In this document: piece by piece, positions 11,360 to 24,700 of the stretch
How the letters are laid out: the number at the start of each line of letters is the position of its first letter
How positions within the stretch are numbered: position 1 is the stretch's first letter
From: Mustelus asterias
Lineage: Eukaryota
DNA length: 64,000 nucleotides
Direction of reading: 5' to 3'
Assembly (NCBI RefSeq): GCF_964213995.1
Contig: NW_027590205.1
Coordinates: forward strand, 620,001-684,000
Notes under the pieces: generated by a model
Told to the model about the DNA's origin: nothing
Seen by the model: only the letters and a program-made list of their open reading frames with translations
Database searches by the model: none
Made by a program: the position numbers and the translations under genes

Positions 11360-11520
11360 CTTTTACTGTCACTGTTAATCACACCCAGAACTGAACCATG
11401 TTGATTCTGGTAATTGGAGTTTATTTCTACTGATTATTAATATCTTTGTAACTGGGCTGGAGTTTAATATCTTGATGTCAGTTAAATAAATCAACTTTGT
11501 TTCAAACACAGTGTGTCAAG
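11360..11520 (+). pseudogene. Orphan zinc-finger 3' UTR with polyA signal; no coding exon in front
   Basis: TTAATCAC..CTGAACCATG..AAATAAATCAACTTTGTTTCAAACACAGTG matches the 3' ends at 14255-14400, 24740-24870 and 26875-27020. Confidence 0.6.
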
Positions 11521-11573
11521 TACTTGATTTCTCCAGGATTAATTGATTGATTAATTTTTTTTAATTTTTTATT

Positions 11574-11906
11574 ATAGAAACCCTACAGTGCAGAAGGAGG
11601 CCATTCGGCCCATCGAGTCTGCACCGACCACAATCCCACCCAGGCCCTACCCCCACATATTTACCCACTAATCCCTCTAATCTACACATCAGGACTCTAA
11701 GGGGCAATTTTTTTTTTAACCTGGCCAATCAACCTAACCCGCACATCTTTGGACTGTGGGAGGAAACCGGAGCACCCGGAGGAAACCCACGCAGACACGA
11801 GGAGAATGTGCAAACTCCACACAGACAGTGACCCGAGCCGGGAACCGAACCCGGGACCCTGGAGCTGTGAAGCAGCAGTGCTAACCACTGTGCTACCGTG
11901 CCGCCC
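11574..11906 (-). mobile_element. HE1-type SINE (well conserved)
   Basis: Full head and body with CpGs retained. Confidence 0.9.
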
Positions 11907-12610
11907 AATTGATGTCCTGTTACCGACAGTTCTGTTTTTGGATCTTTTCTCCTTTCTAACTCTAGATTATTTCAGTTCTCATACCTTCAGTTACTCTCAT
12001 GGACAAGTCCCAGCTCCTCGTACCTTCCAGAGTGTCTCTCCCAGCCTAGAGATTCAGGGAAGTTTCAGTATTAAAAACAGAAAATGCTGGAGTTAGTAAT
12101 CCATACTTTTCCAAGTATCAGTTGATTGTGTCCCAGATTATTGGTTTCATTTACCCCACCGCTGATGTTAAGCTGATTGTTCTGTAATTGCTGTGTTCTT
12201 GAACAGGGATGTAACATTTACAATCTCTCAGTCCTTTGTCACCACTACTCTGTAAGGATTGTAAGATTGTAGTCAGAGCTCCACAAGCTCCATGTGAAGG
12301 ACAGTGTGTGTCAGAGTACAGCAGTCCCTCAATGTCAGACTGCAGTGTCAGCCTAGATAATGTGCTCAGCTTGATGAGTATTTCCTGTTGTTATTGATGT
12401 GGATCATTCAGAAACAATGGACTCTGATGATGTCATCCACTCCTGCTGCAATGATGTCATAGAGACTATTACATCACAGCGGAGCCTTAGTGGTGAAAAC
12501 AGTTTTGTTCCAGACGGCAGCAAGTTCATTACTGATAGATCTGGAAATGAGAAGACTGGGAATGAAAGCACCCCAAGGTATTTCAGAGGAGTTTCATGAA
12601 GAAAAAAATG

Positions 12611-12943
12611 ACAATGATTAGCACTGCTGCCTCGTAGCACTAGGGACCCAGGTTTAATTCAGGCCTTGGGTGACTATCTGTCTGGAGTTTGAACACTCTC
12701 CCCATGTCTGTGTGGGTTTCCTCTGAGTGCTTGGATTTCCTCTCACAGTCCAAAGATGTGCAGGTTAGGTTGATTGGCTATGCTAAATTGCCCCTTAGTG
12801 TCCCAAGATGTGCAGGTTAGATGGATTAGAAATGGTAAATGTGTTACAGGAATAGGGTGAGGGCCTGGGTATGATTCCCTTTCAGAATATCGGTACAGAC
12901 TCGATAGGCCAAATGGCCTCTTCTGCATTGTAGGGATTCTATG
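12611..12943 (+). mobile_element. HE1-type SINE
   Basis: Conserved body and tail; a further partial copy lies at 13244-13456. Confidence 0.85.
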
Positions 12944-13090
12944 AGTGACAGAGCATAATATTAGGATGGATGGACAAAAGCCTGATTGAGAGGCAGATCC
13001 TGAATTACGAGAGAGAGAGATGGACAGTTTAGGGAGGGAATTTCAGAGTTTCACACTCAGACCCTGCCACCAATGGTGGTGTAATTAAAA

Positions 13091-13177
13091 TGTGGAGATG
13101 CAGGCATTGGACTGGGGTAAGCACAGTAAGAAGTCAGTTGTCAGAAGTCAGTAAGAAGGTGTTGTGAGACTTCTTAC
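13091..13177 (-). mobile_element. Miniature Penelope-like family A insertion (tail plus short inverted arm)
   Basis: TGTGGAGATGC..TTGGACTGGGGTAA..AGTAAGAAG terminus; 13-bp TSD GGTGTAATTAAAA (13078-13090 / 13178-13190). Confidence 0.75.
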
Positions 13178-14405
13178 GGTGTAATTAAAACCATGGATGC
13201 GCAAGAGGCCTGAATGAGAAGAGTGCAGATATCTGGGGGACAAGCTAAATTGCCCCTTAGTGTCCCAAGGTGTGCAGGTTAGGGGGATTAGCAGGGTAAA
13301 TACTTGGGGTTATGGGAAACAGTTCTGGATGGGGTTGCCCTGAGTGTCAGGGGGATTATGTGAGGTTACAAGGATAGGACCTGGGTGGGATTGATATCAG
13401 TGCAGACTTGATGGGCCGAATGGGCTCCTTCTGCATTTCAGGGATTCTATTCTATGAACTCAGGGAATTGTGAAACTGGAGATTACTGAGATAGAGAGGG
13501 ATAAGGTCATGGAGGAAATTAAAAATAAGGATGTGAATTTTAAAATCGAGGCATGACTTGACTTAAAGCCGGTGTAGGTCAGTAAGCAAGGCAGGGGTGG
13601 GGGGAGATGGGTGAATGGGATTTGGTGTGAGAAAGCCGGCAGGCAGCAGAGTTTTGGATGATCTCACGTTTCCATGTGGGAGTGGGGTGAATGTGAGAGG
13701 CTGCTCAGAAATGTACTGGAATCATCAAGTCTAAAGGAAACACAGGCATGGGTGAGGGTTTCAGCAGCAGATGAGCTGGGGTGGGGTGGAGATTGCTGAC
13801 ATTATGGAGATTGAAATATTTGGTATTAGTGATGGTGTGGATATGTGGTCAGAAACTCATCCTGTTGTTAAATCTGACACCAAGATCTGAATTTTCCATC
13901 TGTCGGGCACACTCACACGGGAGAGCCTGGAAGTGGGTGCAATCGGCCCCGGAATGTGATTTCAGACTGGCCAATTAATGATCAGTCAGTGTGAAATGCA
14001 TGCTGGGAAAGGCTCAGTGCTGCCGGGGAGGGAGGGAAGGGGACGGGCACTGAGGAAAGCGAGGGTGCTGTTGGCATTTCCAATACGCTCCCTCAGGGGG
14101 ACAGCTGCTGTGGAGCCTGTCTCTCAGCTACTGACCTGTAAAAAATAAACTGCGATGGAGCTACTCACACTTGTTGGAGGTGAGGATGGCAGAGACGGGG
14201 AGAGGGAGAACCTTTCAAAAGGAATTAACTTCTATTAGTGATATTAAAAAGACACAACACACTGTGTTTAACACAAAGCTGATTTATTTGACTCTTATCC
14301 AGAATATTTACACCTATAACCGGCCTGGTGTTTATTAGCAAGAGCAGGACCAGACTCCAGTGAATAATCTTCAGACCTGCAGGTGATTAACAGCAAAATC
14401 ACCTG

Positions 14406-15443
14406 TTACTTGTGGCCTTGCTGGTGTCTCAGCAGATGGGATGACTGAGTGAATCCCCTCCCACACACAGAGCAGGAGAACGGTTTCTCCCCGGTGTGAA
14501 TGCGCCGGTGTTTCAGCAGATTGGATGAGTGATTGAATCCCTTCCCACACACAGAGCAGGTGAGCGGCCTCTCCCCAGTGTGAATTCTCTGGTGTACGGT
14601 GAGCTGAGATGATTTCCTGAACCCAGTCCCATAACGAGAGCATCTGAACGGTCTCTCGTCAGCGTGAATACGTTGATGGGTCACCAGTTCCCCAGAACTT
14701 TTAAAGCACTTCCCACAATCCAGGCATTTAAATGGTCTCTCGTCAGAGTGAACCCGTTGATGGGATGTCAGTTCCACAGAACTTTTAAAGCACTTCTCAC
14801 AGTTCAGGCATTTAAAAGGTCTCTCATCAGTGTGAACTCGCTGATGTTTCAGTAGGTGAGATGACTGAGTGAATCCCTTCCCACACACAGAGCAGGTAAA
14901 TGGTTTCTCCCCAGTGTGGATTCGCTGGTGTTTCAGCAGATCAGATAACTGAATGAATCCATTCCCACACTCGGAGCAGGTAAATGATCTCTCTCCAGTG
15001 TGAATTCGCTGATGTGTCATCAGGTGGGATGACTGAGTGAATCCCTTCCAACACACAGAGCAGGTGAATGGCCTTTCCCCAGTGTGACCACGTTGGTGTC
15101 CTAACAGATTGGATAACTGAGTGAATCCCTTCCCACACTCAGAACATGTGAATGGTCTCTCCCCATTGTGATCTCGCTGGTGTTTTAGCAGACTGGATGA
15201 CTGAGTGAATCCCTTCCCACACTGAGGGCAGGTGAATGGTCTCTCCCCAATGTGACTGCGTCGATGAGTTTCCAGGTCAGATGGATAACTAAACGCTTTC
15301 CCACAATCCCCACATTTCCACAGCTTCTCCCCAGTGTGACTGTGCTTGTGTCTCGACAGGCCAGATGATCGACTGAAGCCTCGTCCACACACACAACACG
15401 TGTATGGTTTCTCCTCACTGTGAACAGTGCTTTTTCCTTCCAT
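14406..15443 (-). CDS. C2H2 zinc-finger protein ZF-B, 345 aa, 12 fingers (finger 10 Cys>Tyr)
   Basis: Open frame from aacATGg, splice acceptor tttcacag at 15553, AATAAA near 14283. Confidence 0.9.
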   Translation of the reverse strand: MEGKSTVHSEEKPYTCCVCGRGFSRSSGLSRHKHSHTGEKLWKCGDCGKAFSYPSDLETHRRSHIGERPFTCPQCGKGFTQSSSLLKHQRDHNGERPFTCSECGKGFTQLSNLLGHQRGHTGERPFTCSVCWKGFTQSSHLMTHQRIHTGERSFTCSECGNGFIQLSDLLKHQRIHTGEKPFTCSVCGKGFTQSSHLLKHQRVHTDERPFKCLNCEKCFKSSVELTSHQRVHSDERPFKCLDCGKCFKSSGELVTHQRIHADERPFRCSRYGTGFRKSSQLTVHQRIHTGERPLTCSVCGKGFNHSSNLLKHRRIHTGEKPFSCSVCGRGFTQSSHLLRHQQGHK

Positions 15444-15810
15444 GTTTAATATTAAATGATATTCAAGTTACGATAAATGATACACCTCTGTCAGCTCCTG
15501 GTGTGATGTTTGGTTTCAGTTTCCTGACTGTAAATCCTCCTCTTCTAAAACCCTGTGAAATTGATTTAAAACAAAAAAACAGGAGTGAGAGAGAACCCAC
15601 AAAAACACAAAGACAGCTTGTGAAATTGAGCTGAATGAATCTGGTCATTTGTCTGATACTAATGAACAGTGCTGGATTATCATAAAAACCCAGCTGATTC
15701 ACTAATGTCCATCAGGGAAAGGAAACTACCACCCAGTCTGGGTCTGTACAGACTCAGGCCTCTACTTAAGGAGAGTTCAAGACAGTGGGAGAGAATGGGG
15801 AGTGATGCAA

Positions 15811-15992
15811 GAGGTGAGGTTGTGGGGGGATGGGGGAGGTGCTGGTGATGGCAGGAGGAGAGGTTGTGGGGGGATGGGGGAGGTGCTGGTGATGGCAGGA
15901 GGTGAGGTTGTGGGGGGGTGGGGGAGGTGCTGGTGATGGCAGGAGGTGAGGTTGTGGGGGGATGGGGGAGGTGCTGGTGATGGCAGGAGGAG
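15811..15992 (+). repeat. G-rich 44-bp minisatellite, 4 copies
   Basis: Unit GAGGTGAGGTTGTGGGGGGATGGGGGAGGTGCTGGTGATGGCAG starts at 15811, 15855, 15899 and 15943. Confidence 0.95.
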
Positions 15993-16734
15993 AGGGATTT
16001 TACACATCTATAACTCAGCTGGAGCTTTGACAGAATCTCCCAAACCCTCAACTTCCACCACCTGGAAGGACCAGGATCACAAGTGTGAATCAACACCTCG
16101 AAATTCACCTTCAAGTCTCACACACTAGGGGATTTTCACAGTAACTTCATCGCAGTGTTAATATAAGCCTACTCGTGACATGATAAACTTTTTTAAAAAA
16201 CGTTAAACACACTGTCCTGACTTGTCTGACATCCAGTACTGGATGAACAGATATTTTATATATTGGGAAGACTGAAGCCACTGGTTTCAGTCTTTGCTAC
16301 AAACTTCACTCCCCAGCCACCGACTCCATCTCTCTCCCTGATAATTGTCCGAGGCTGAACATGATTGTTCACAACCATGGTGACATGTTTCACCTCAGGA
16401 ATTAGGAGTCGGCCATTCGGCCCATCAGGTCTTTCACTTCTGTCAATGTTTCAAGTCTGGATGACCGTTCTCCAAACAGTCATTCAGACTCGAAACGTTG
16501 GCTCTATTCTCTCTCCAAAGATGCTGTCAGACATGCTGAGATTTTCCAGCACTTTGTTTTTGTTAAACATTCACTTGATTGCAGTTTGGTGTGGGTAAAT
16601 CCTCCCCTTCTAACCCATGTAAAATGAGTTTCCAAAACCCATCACTCTCAGTCCAGGATAGAAATTCACAACATTGTGTCTGCCTGCTTTCCGGCTCAGG
16701 ATTACTTAAGCTGGGACACATTTTCATTGGAAGC

Positions 16735-17885
16735 AGATGAGAAAATGTTCACTCGGCTGACTCCTGTGATGAGGGGGTTTGGCTTCTGAGGAAAGGTGGA
16801 ACAGGTTGGGTCTTTACCCATTGGAATTCAGAAGAATGAGTGGTGATCTTGGTGAAGCATATTAGATCCTGGGGGAGCTTGACTGGGTCGATTCTGAGAG
16901 GATGTTTCCCCTCATGGGGTAATATCGAATTATGGAACAGTTAAAAAATAAGAGGTCTCTCAGTTTACACCATGAGGAGAAACGTATTCTTTATGAAGAT
17001 CATTAGTCTTTGGAAATCCCTTCTCCAGTAAGTAGGAGGCTTGGTCATTTAATACATTTAAGGCTGTGTTAAGTTCATAAGATATTGGAGCAGAATTAGG
17101 GCATTCGGCCCATCGAGTCTGCTCTGCCATTCGACCATGGCTGATATGCTCCTCATTCCCATTTTCCTGCCTTCTCCCCATAACCAGTTAAAAATCTGTC
17201 TAACTCCTCCTTAAATTTACTCACTGTCCCAGCATCCAACGCACTTCGGGGCAGCGAATTCCAGATTCACAACCCTTTGGGAGAAGTAGTTTCTCCTCAA
17301 CTCTGTTTTAAATTTGCTGCCCCTTATCCTAAAGACTATGAGCTCTCATCCTAGAATGCCCCACAAGAGGAAGCATCCACTCCACGTCTACTTTATCCAG
17401 ACCTTTTATCATCTTGTACACCTCAATTTGATCTCCCCTCATTCTTCTAAATTCCAGAGAGTATAGGCCTATATCTCTTCATACGACAAACCCGAAATCT
17501 CTGGAATCGATCTCGTGAACCTCCTCTGAACTGCCTCCAAAGCCACGACATCTTTCCTCAAATAAAGGGACCAAAACTATGCACAATACTCCAGGTGCGG
17601 CCTCACCAATGCCTTGTATAGTTCCTTACATTTATATTCTAATCCTTTAGCTATAAATGCCAACATTCCATTCACTTTCTTTACAATCTGCTGTTCCTGC
17701 ATGCTGGTTTCCTGTGACTGGTGAATGAGGACACCCAGATCCTTCTGCACTGGAGCACCCCGAAGTCTCTCCCCATTTAGATAATAAGTCGCCTTCCCAA
17801 CACTCCAGCCCAGGCAACATGCTGGTGACCCTCCTCTGCACTCTTTCTCGTGCAATCACATCCTTCCTATAGTGTTCCTCAGTGT
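16735..17885. mobile_element. Patchwork of old CR1 LINE 3' fragments in both orientations
   Basis: LYKALVRPHLEYC-type motifs and CR1 3' UTR sequence. Confidence 0.75.
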
Positions 17886-17886
17886 T

Positions 17887-19630
17887 AGAGAACATAGAAC
17901 AGTACAGCACAGAACAGGCCCTTCGGCCCACGATGTTGTGCCGAGCTTTATCTGAAACCAAGATCAAGCTATCCCACTCCCTATCATCCTGGTGTGCTCC
18001 ATGTGCCTATCCAATAACCGCTTAAATGTTCCTAAAGTGTCTGACTCCACTATCACTGCAGGCAGTCCATTCCACACCCCAACCACTCTGTGCGTAAAGA
18101 ACCTACCTCTGATATCCTTCCTGTATCTCCCACCACGAACCCTATAGTTATGCCCCCTTGTAATAGCTCCATCCACCCGAGGAAATAGTCTTTGAACGTT
18201 CACTCTATCTATCCCCTTCATCATTTTATAAACCTCTATTAAGTCTTCCCTCAGCCTCCTCCGCTCCAGAGAGAACAGCCCTAGCTCCCGCAACCTTTCC
18301 TCATAAGACCTACCCTCCAAACCAGGCAGCATCCTGGTAAATCTCCTCACTCTCTCCAGCGCTTCCACATCCTTCCTATAGTGAGGTGACCAGAACTGCA
18401 CACAATACTCCAAATGTGGTCTCACCAAGGTCCTGTACAGTTGCAGCATAACCCCACGGCTCTTAAACTCCAACCCCCTGTTAATAAAAGCTAACACACT
18501 ATAGGCCTTCTTCACAGCTCTATCCACTTGACTGGCAACCTTTAGAGATCTGTGGATATGGACCCCAAGATCTCTCTGTTCCTCCACAGTCTTCAGAACC
18601 CTACCTTTGACCCTGTAATCCACATTTAAATTTGTCCTACCAAAATGAATCACCTCACATTTATCAGGGTTAAACTCCATTTGCCATTTTTCAGCCCAGC
18701 TTTGCATCCTATCTATGTCTCTTTGCAGCCTACAACAGCCCTCCACCTCATCCACTACTCCACCAATCTTGGTGTCATCAGCAAATTTACTGATCCACCC
18801 TTCAGCCCCCTCCTCCAAGTTATTAATAAAAATCACAAAGAGCAGAGGACCAAGCACTGATCCCTGCGGCACTCCACTAGCAACCTGCCTCCAATCCAAA
18901 AATTTTCCATCGACCACCACCCTCTGTCTTCGATCAGACAGCCAGTTACCTATCCAATCGGCCAACTTTCCCTCTATCCCACACCTCCTCACTTTCATCA
19001 TAAGCCGCCCATGGGGGACCTTATCAAACGCCTTACTAAAATCCATGTATTGACATCAACTGCCCTACCTTCATCAACACACTTAGTTACCTCTTCAAAA
19101 AATTCTATCAAATTTGTGAGGCACAACTTGCCCTTCACGAATCCATGCTGATTATCCCGGATTAATCCGCATCTTTCTAAATGGTCGTAAATCCCATCTC
19201 TAAGGACCTTTTCCATCAATTTACCAACCACTGAAGTAAGACTAACCGGTCTATAATTACCAGGGTCATTTCTATTCCCTTTCTTAAACAGAGGAACAAC
19301 ATTCGCCATTCTCCAGTCCTCTGGCACCAGCCCCGTGGACAGCGAGGATCCAAAGATCAAAGCCAAAGGCTCTGCAATCTCATCCCTTGCCTCCCAAAGA
19401 ATCCTAGGATATATTTCATCAGGCCCAGGGGACTTATCGACCTTCAGTTTATTCAAAACTGCCAGGACATCCTCCCTCCGAACATCTGTTTCCTCCAGCC
19501 TATTAGCCTGCAACACCTTCTCTTCCTCAAAAACATGGCCCCTCTCCTTGGTGAACACTGAAGAAAAGTATTCATTCATCACCTCGCCTATCTCTACTGA
19601 CTCCATACACAAGTTCCCACTACTGTCCTT
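17887..19630 (-). mobile_element. Young 5'-truncated CR1/HER1 LINE (1.75 kb)
   Basis: ORF2 pieces 18998-19612 and 17964-19046 separated by one frameshift, GTTCTAT tail, near-identical to 27049-30435. Confidence 0.95.
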
Positions 19631-20185
19631 ACGTTCTGTCTGATTCTGTCAGTTGATGTTTCTGAGATTAACCTTGGGACACTCTCCTACATTAAAGGTC
19701 TGATATAAATGAAAGTTAGTTTTAAATCACATTGTAACAGATTGGGGAAGTCAGGATTAAAACAATATCTGGGTAAATGGAGTTTGGTCACAGATCAGCC
19801 GTGACCCCAGTCAATAAGAGAACAGGCTCGAGGGGGATAAATGATTTCCTCCTGTTCCCAATAAACTTGGGCTCAAACACCAGCTGATGAATGGAAAGTG
19901 ATGGGTGAACTGGGGAGAAGACACTTCACCAGGAACCAGCGATGGAGCAGAGTTAAAGAGTAGGAGAGTCCTGTGGACAGACTACTCAGGAAATGGAATA
20001 GATTGTTCGGCCCTTCAAGTCTGCTCTGTTATTCAATTAGACCCTGGTTGATCCATTAGTCTATCTGAACTTGAACAAATATCTGAATTGTTAACTCAAG
20101 CTGGTTACAGCAGTTATTAACAGCAGCAGAAACACACCATAGCTATCAGAATGAACATGGGTCAGTGCAGGATGTGATTACCTGT

Positions 20186-20697
20186 TCAATAACTGGGGAA
20201 TCTGCCTCCAGAAGACTTGTGAACTCGCTGGTGTCTCATTAGGTTTTGTGACTGAGTGAATCTGTTCCCACATATGGAGCAGGTGAACGGCCTCTCCCCG
20301 GTGTGAACTCGCTGGTGTATCAGGAGATCAGATGAGTTAGTGAATCCCTTCCCACACACGGAGCAGGTGAAAGGCCTTTCCCCAGTGTGAGCACGCTTGT
20401 GTTTCAGCAGGTGAGATGAACTGCTGAATCCCTTCATACACACAGAGCAGGTGAATGGCTGCTCCCCAGTGTGAAGTCGCTGGTGAGTGTGAAGGTTGAA
20501 CATTCGACTAAAACTCTTCCCACACACGGTGCAGATGAACAGACTCTTCCCAGTGTGGCTGCACTGATGAGCTTCCAGCTGGGATGGAGAACTGAATTCC
20601 TTCCCACAGTCCCCACATTCCCATGGGTTCTCTATGGTGTAGATGTCCTCGTGTCTCTCCAGGTTGGATGATTTAATGTGTGTATATTTCAAATATC
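20186..20697 (-). CDS. C2H2 zinc-finger exon ZF-C, 5 fingers; start codon uncertain (possible pseudogene)
   Basis: Open frame from the acceptor (tttgacag, 20698). The family start ACC-ATG-GAG is ACC-ATA-GAG here and most of the leader is deleted. Confidence 0.65.
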
Positions 20698-21559
20698 CTG
20701 TCAAAGGAGTTTAGAAACATCATCACTATCAATACAAGATAGAAATTCAGAACAGACATTTCTACTTTCTGTGGAACATCGTTTCCTCACTTGTTCCTGT
20801 AAAGCAGTAAATCCTCATCCTGAACACTTTCCCACCTCCCTGTCCTGCAACCAACTCCCACATTGAACAACCATCTCATATTTCATTGATTGTCCCATGT
20901 TTGAGTCCAGTGTGCCAGGCTGCATGGCGTATGGGTGCTGTTTCACCCATAAGATGGATCTGTGCAGCACCCTCTTCCAACTGTTCTGGCTGCCAACCAG
21001 CCCATGCCCACCCACACAGTTCCAGCAGCACCGCACACAATACTGCTCACCTGCTCTAACAGACTCGTGAAGAATGTCCTTTCATTTTCTCAGAGAGAGT
21101 TGGTCAGCCTGGCAAACCCAGTGTGAAATATCTTCACAAATCTTTTCTCCCACTCTCTATTCTGGCTGGGTTCAGTTCTTTTGTACAGAGTCAAAATAAA
21201 ATCAATCAATTATTTTCTCTCCTGGTCACTGCTGGGAGCTGCAGCTTTTTACTGGGGGTGTTGGGGACTCCAGCGGGTGTTTGTGAATCCTCCCCGCCCA
21301 CCTCCCAGGGTTTCCTTCCTTCCCAGAGATCAGAGTCCTCATTGATTTGAGGCCAAAGTGTAACCTCTTATTTATTGTCCCCCTCCCCCATCCTCTGATG
21401 TGAACCATCCTCCAGTGGCTGAGCCAGGATGGGGCCGTTAACCTGGGCCTGTTCCCGGGAGGGAGGGAGGGAGGGAGAAGCCCCGCAGCTGCAAACCAGG
21501 GAGCTGACAATGATTCTGAAGGGTTTGCGGATCCACAAAGTGTTTCCAAATCCTCCCAG

Positions 21560-22120
21560 CCACCGCCTAACGCTGACTCCGCTTCTCCGGGACAAAGGAC
21601 TCTCGCTCCCGAGGCGAACAAAGGAATTGCGCATGCTCCACATTCAGACAGAGTGTCCCGCATGATCAGCCAGACCGGACTGCGCATGTGCCAGATCGTG
21701 ATGCCCCGGGGAGGGTGATTGACAGCGGCTCCGGACCAATACGAGGGGCGGGTCTGGATGACGCGGTGGGGGTGGTGGGTGGGGGGGTTGGTCCTCCAAC
21801 CAATCAGGGTGAAAAAGGGGCTCCAACTGACGCATGCGCATTGCGGGTAATGGCGACGGCAAAGGCTTCCTGCTTCGGATCCGTAATTTGTCAGCGGAAA
21901 ATCGCCGATCGGTGGGTACGATGGAACCGGCGAGTGGACGGGAAGGCTTCAGAAACCGGTTGTGCGATCTGTAAACTCCCCCCAAAATTCTCCAATTACC
22001 CCATTTGCATCGAGCGGGTCAAAGATCCCTGAGATCGGCCCACGCGTTAACGACCTCCATCTTTATTGGGGGCAATGTGCGGCAGTGCGCATGGGTGATC
22101 GCCATCTTTGTAGGGGGCAA
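21560..22120. promoter_or_regulatory. CpG-island bidirectional promoter between ZF-C and ZF-D
   Basis: Four NRF1-like GCGCATG sites (e.g. 21831-21840), YY1 GCCATCTTT 22101-22109, GC box ~21745, CCAAT ~21736 and ~21800. Genes diverge on both sides. Confidence 0.75.
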
Positions 22121-22229
22121 TATTGTCAATGACTGGGAGGAGCGGGTTCCCCATTGTTCAGAATGGAGACAACTTGTCCATCAAACTGCATCAACCCTCT
22201 GAGTCCCAATGTCTTATTGATGAGGCAGA

Positions 22230-23270
22230 GCGGTGGCAGAGAAGGAAAGAAATCACAAGATGCTTTATAAATATTTTAAGGGCAAGAGGGTAATCAGGGA
22301 AAGAGTGGTTGGTAGGTTAGGAATTAATTGCCCATTCGGCAACCTGGGTGTGGAGCCGGAAGATGTATTTGAAGCATTAAAGGAGTATTTTGCATCTGTG
22401 TTCACTGTGTGGAAGGACAATGTAGGTACAGAAAGCAGGGATGGGTGTGTGATAGAATTGAACAGATTGTCATTGGTGGTGTGGTAAATAGCGAGGAGGA
22501 CAACCTTGGATTGCAGGGTGATACAGACAGGCTGGTCAGACGGGCAGAACAGTGGCAAATGGAACTTAACCCTGAAAAGTATGAAGTGATGAATTTTGGG
22601 AGGACAAGGCCAGGGAATATAAAGGACCAGAGGGACATTGGGGAGCATTCCCAATTATCCCTGAAGCCAGCAGGACAGGTAGATAAGGTGGTTATGTTGG
22701 AGCTGTATAAACACTTGTTACTCATAACTCGAGTCCTGTGTGCTGTTCTGTTTGGAACACTAGAGGAAGGATGCGATTGCATCAGAAAGGGAGCAGAGGA
22801 GATTCACCAGGATGTTGCCTGGGCTGGACCATTTCAACTATGAAGAGTGGCTGGTTAGGCTGAGGTTGTTTTCCTTAGAGCAGAGAAGGCTGAGGGGTGA
22901 CCTGACTGAGGTGTACAAGATTATGAGGAATATAAATCAGGTAAATTGAAAGGAACTTTTCCCCTTTAGTAGAGGGGTCAATAACCAGGGAGATAGATTT
23001 AAGTTAAGGGGCAGGAGGTTTAGAGTGGAATGGAGGAATAACCTTTCACTCAGAGGGTGGTAGGAATCTGGAACTCTCTGTCTGAAAGGGTGGTAGAGGC
23101 AAGAATCCTCACATTATATAAGAAGCATTTAGATGAGCAGGCGAAACACCATAGCACTCAAGGTTATGAACCAATTACTGGAAATGGGATTAGAATAGAT
23201 AGGTGCTTGCTGGCCGGCACAGACATGATGGGCCAAAGGGCCTCTTTCTATGCTGTAAAACTCTATGCTG
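22230..23270 (+). mobile_element. Old CR1 LINE fragment
   Basis: Degenerate ORF2 motifs (AEQWQMELNPEK) with internal deletions. Confidence 0.8.
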
Positions 23271-23797
23271 CTAAATGGAGGGAATTTCTGTTCATCCAGT
23301 GCAAGATGTCAGATAAGTCAGGGTGATGTGTGACTTGAAGGGAATTTTGGAGGGATGATGTTCACATACACCTACTACCCTGGTCCTCCTCGGTGCTGGA
23401 GGTTGGTTTATTTGTAAGTAAGTAAAATTCCCTCCCGTCACCCCATGTCGCTCCACTTCTCACCCTCTCCCTCCCCTCCCAGAGAGAAGAGCCTGGTGTC
23501 AGTCCAGAAAAGGTGGTAGGTTCCCATACCAGTGAACCAGTTAAGTTTTTCACAACAATGTCAGTTTTCATGGTCACATTTTTCTCGTATCTGCCCAACA
23601 AATTACCAAATTTGTTCAGCTCGATTTCACAGCCTGATTTTGCGGCTTGTCTCTCATTCCCTTTTCTCTGTTTTGAAATAATTTCACAGGGCAATTGGAA
23701 GGAAGGATTTGCAGTTGGAAAACTCAAACTAAACATCGCATCAGAATCTGATGGAGTCACTCAATTTATCCAAACCTGAAATCATTGTGTTGTAAAC

Positions 23798-24700
23798 ATG
23801 GAAGGAGAAAGTACCATTCACAGTGGGGAGAAAGCGTCCGTGTGTTGTGTGTGTGTGGATGAGGCTTCATCTGATTATAGAACCTGGAGAGACACAGGAC
23901 ACCCACAGCATGGAGAAACTGTGGAAATGTGAGGACTGTGGGAAGGGATTCAGTTACTCAGTTATACTGGAAACTCATCAGTGCGTTCACACTGGGGAGA
24001 GGCCATTTACCTGCACCGAGTGTGGGAAGAGCTTCGTGAATTCAACCAACCTGCTGAGACACCAGCTCGTTCACACTGGGGAGAGGCCGTTCACCTGCAC
24101 TGAATGTGGGAAGGGATTCACTCATTCATCACATCTGTTGAGACACCAACCAGTTCACACCTTTTAAATACACAGACTGTGTGAAGTGCTGCAAAACTTC
24201 TGGGAACTGAAGCACCATCAACATGTTCACACTGACATGAGACCGTTCAGGTGCTCTCATTGTGGGACTGGGTTCACACAATCATCTGACCTCACTGTCC
24301 ACCAGTGGATTCACACTGGGGAGAGGCCACTCACCTGCAAAGAGTGTGGGAAGGGATTTGCTCAGAAGTCCACTCTGCTGACACACCAGTGGATTCACAC
24401 TGGGAAGAGACCATTCACCTGCCCTGAGTGTGGAAAGGGATTCATTAATTCATCCCACCTGCTAACGCACCAGCAGATCCACACTGATGAGACTGAACTG
24501 CGGAAAGTGCAACAAAAGTTCCAGGGAACTGCTGTCCCATCAACAAATCCACACTGACTAGAGACAATTCAAGTGTTGTCATTTTTGGTCTGAGTTCAGG
24601 TAACCTCTTCCCACTGTACACCAGTGCATTGACACTGAGGAGAGAATGTTCACTCCCTCTGAATGTGGGAAGAGAGTCACTCATTCGTCCCATCCGCTGA
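23798..24700 (+). pseudogene. Zinc-finger pseudogene ZF-D (paralog of ZF-B)
   Basis: Frameshift after ATG 23798, 3 intact fingers from ATG 23910 to a stop at 24167, then further fingers in shifted frames. AATAAA ~24848. Confidence 0.8.

Noticed and set aside
15811-15992. CRISPR-like array or coding repeat
   Set aside because: No unique spacers; an intronic eukaryotic minisatellite.
18645-19643. Recurrent antisense ORFs (MSLCSLQQPSTSSTTPP.., MDSEDPKIK..)
   Set aside because: Shadows of the CR1 RT frame; they recur only because the LINE copies are near-identical.
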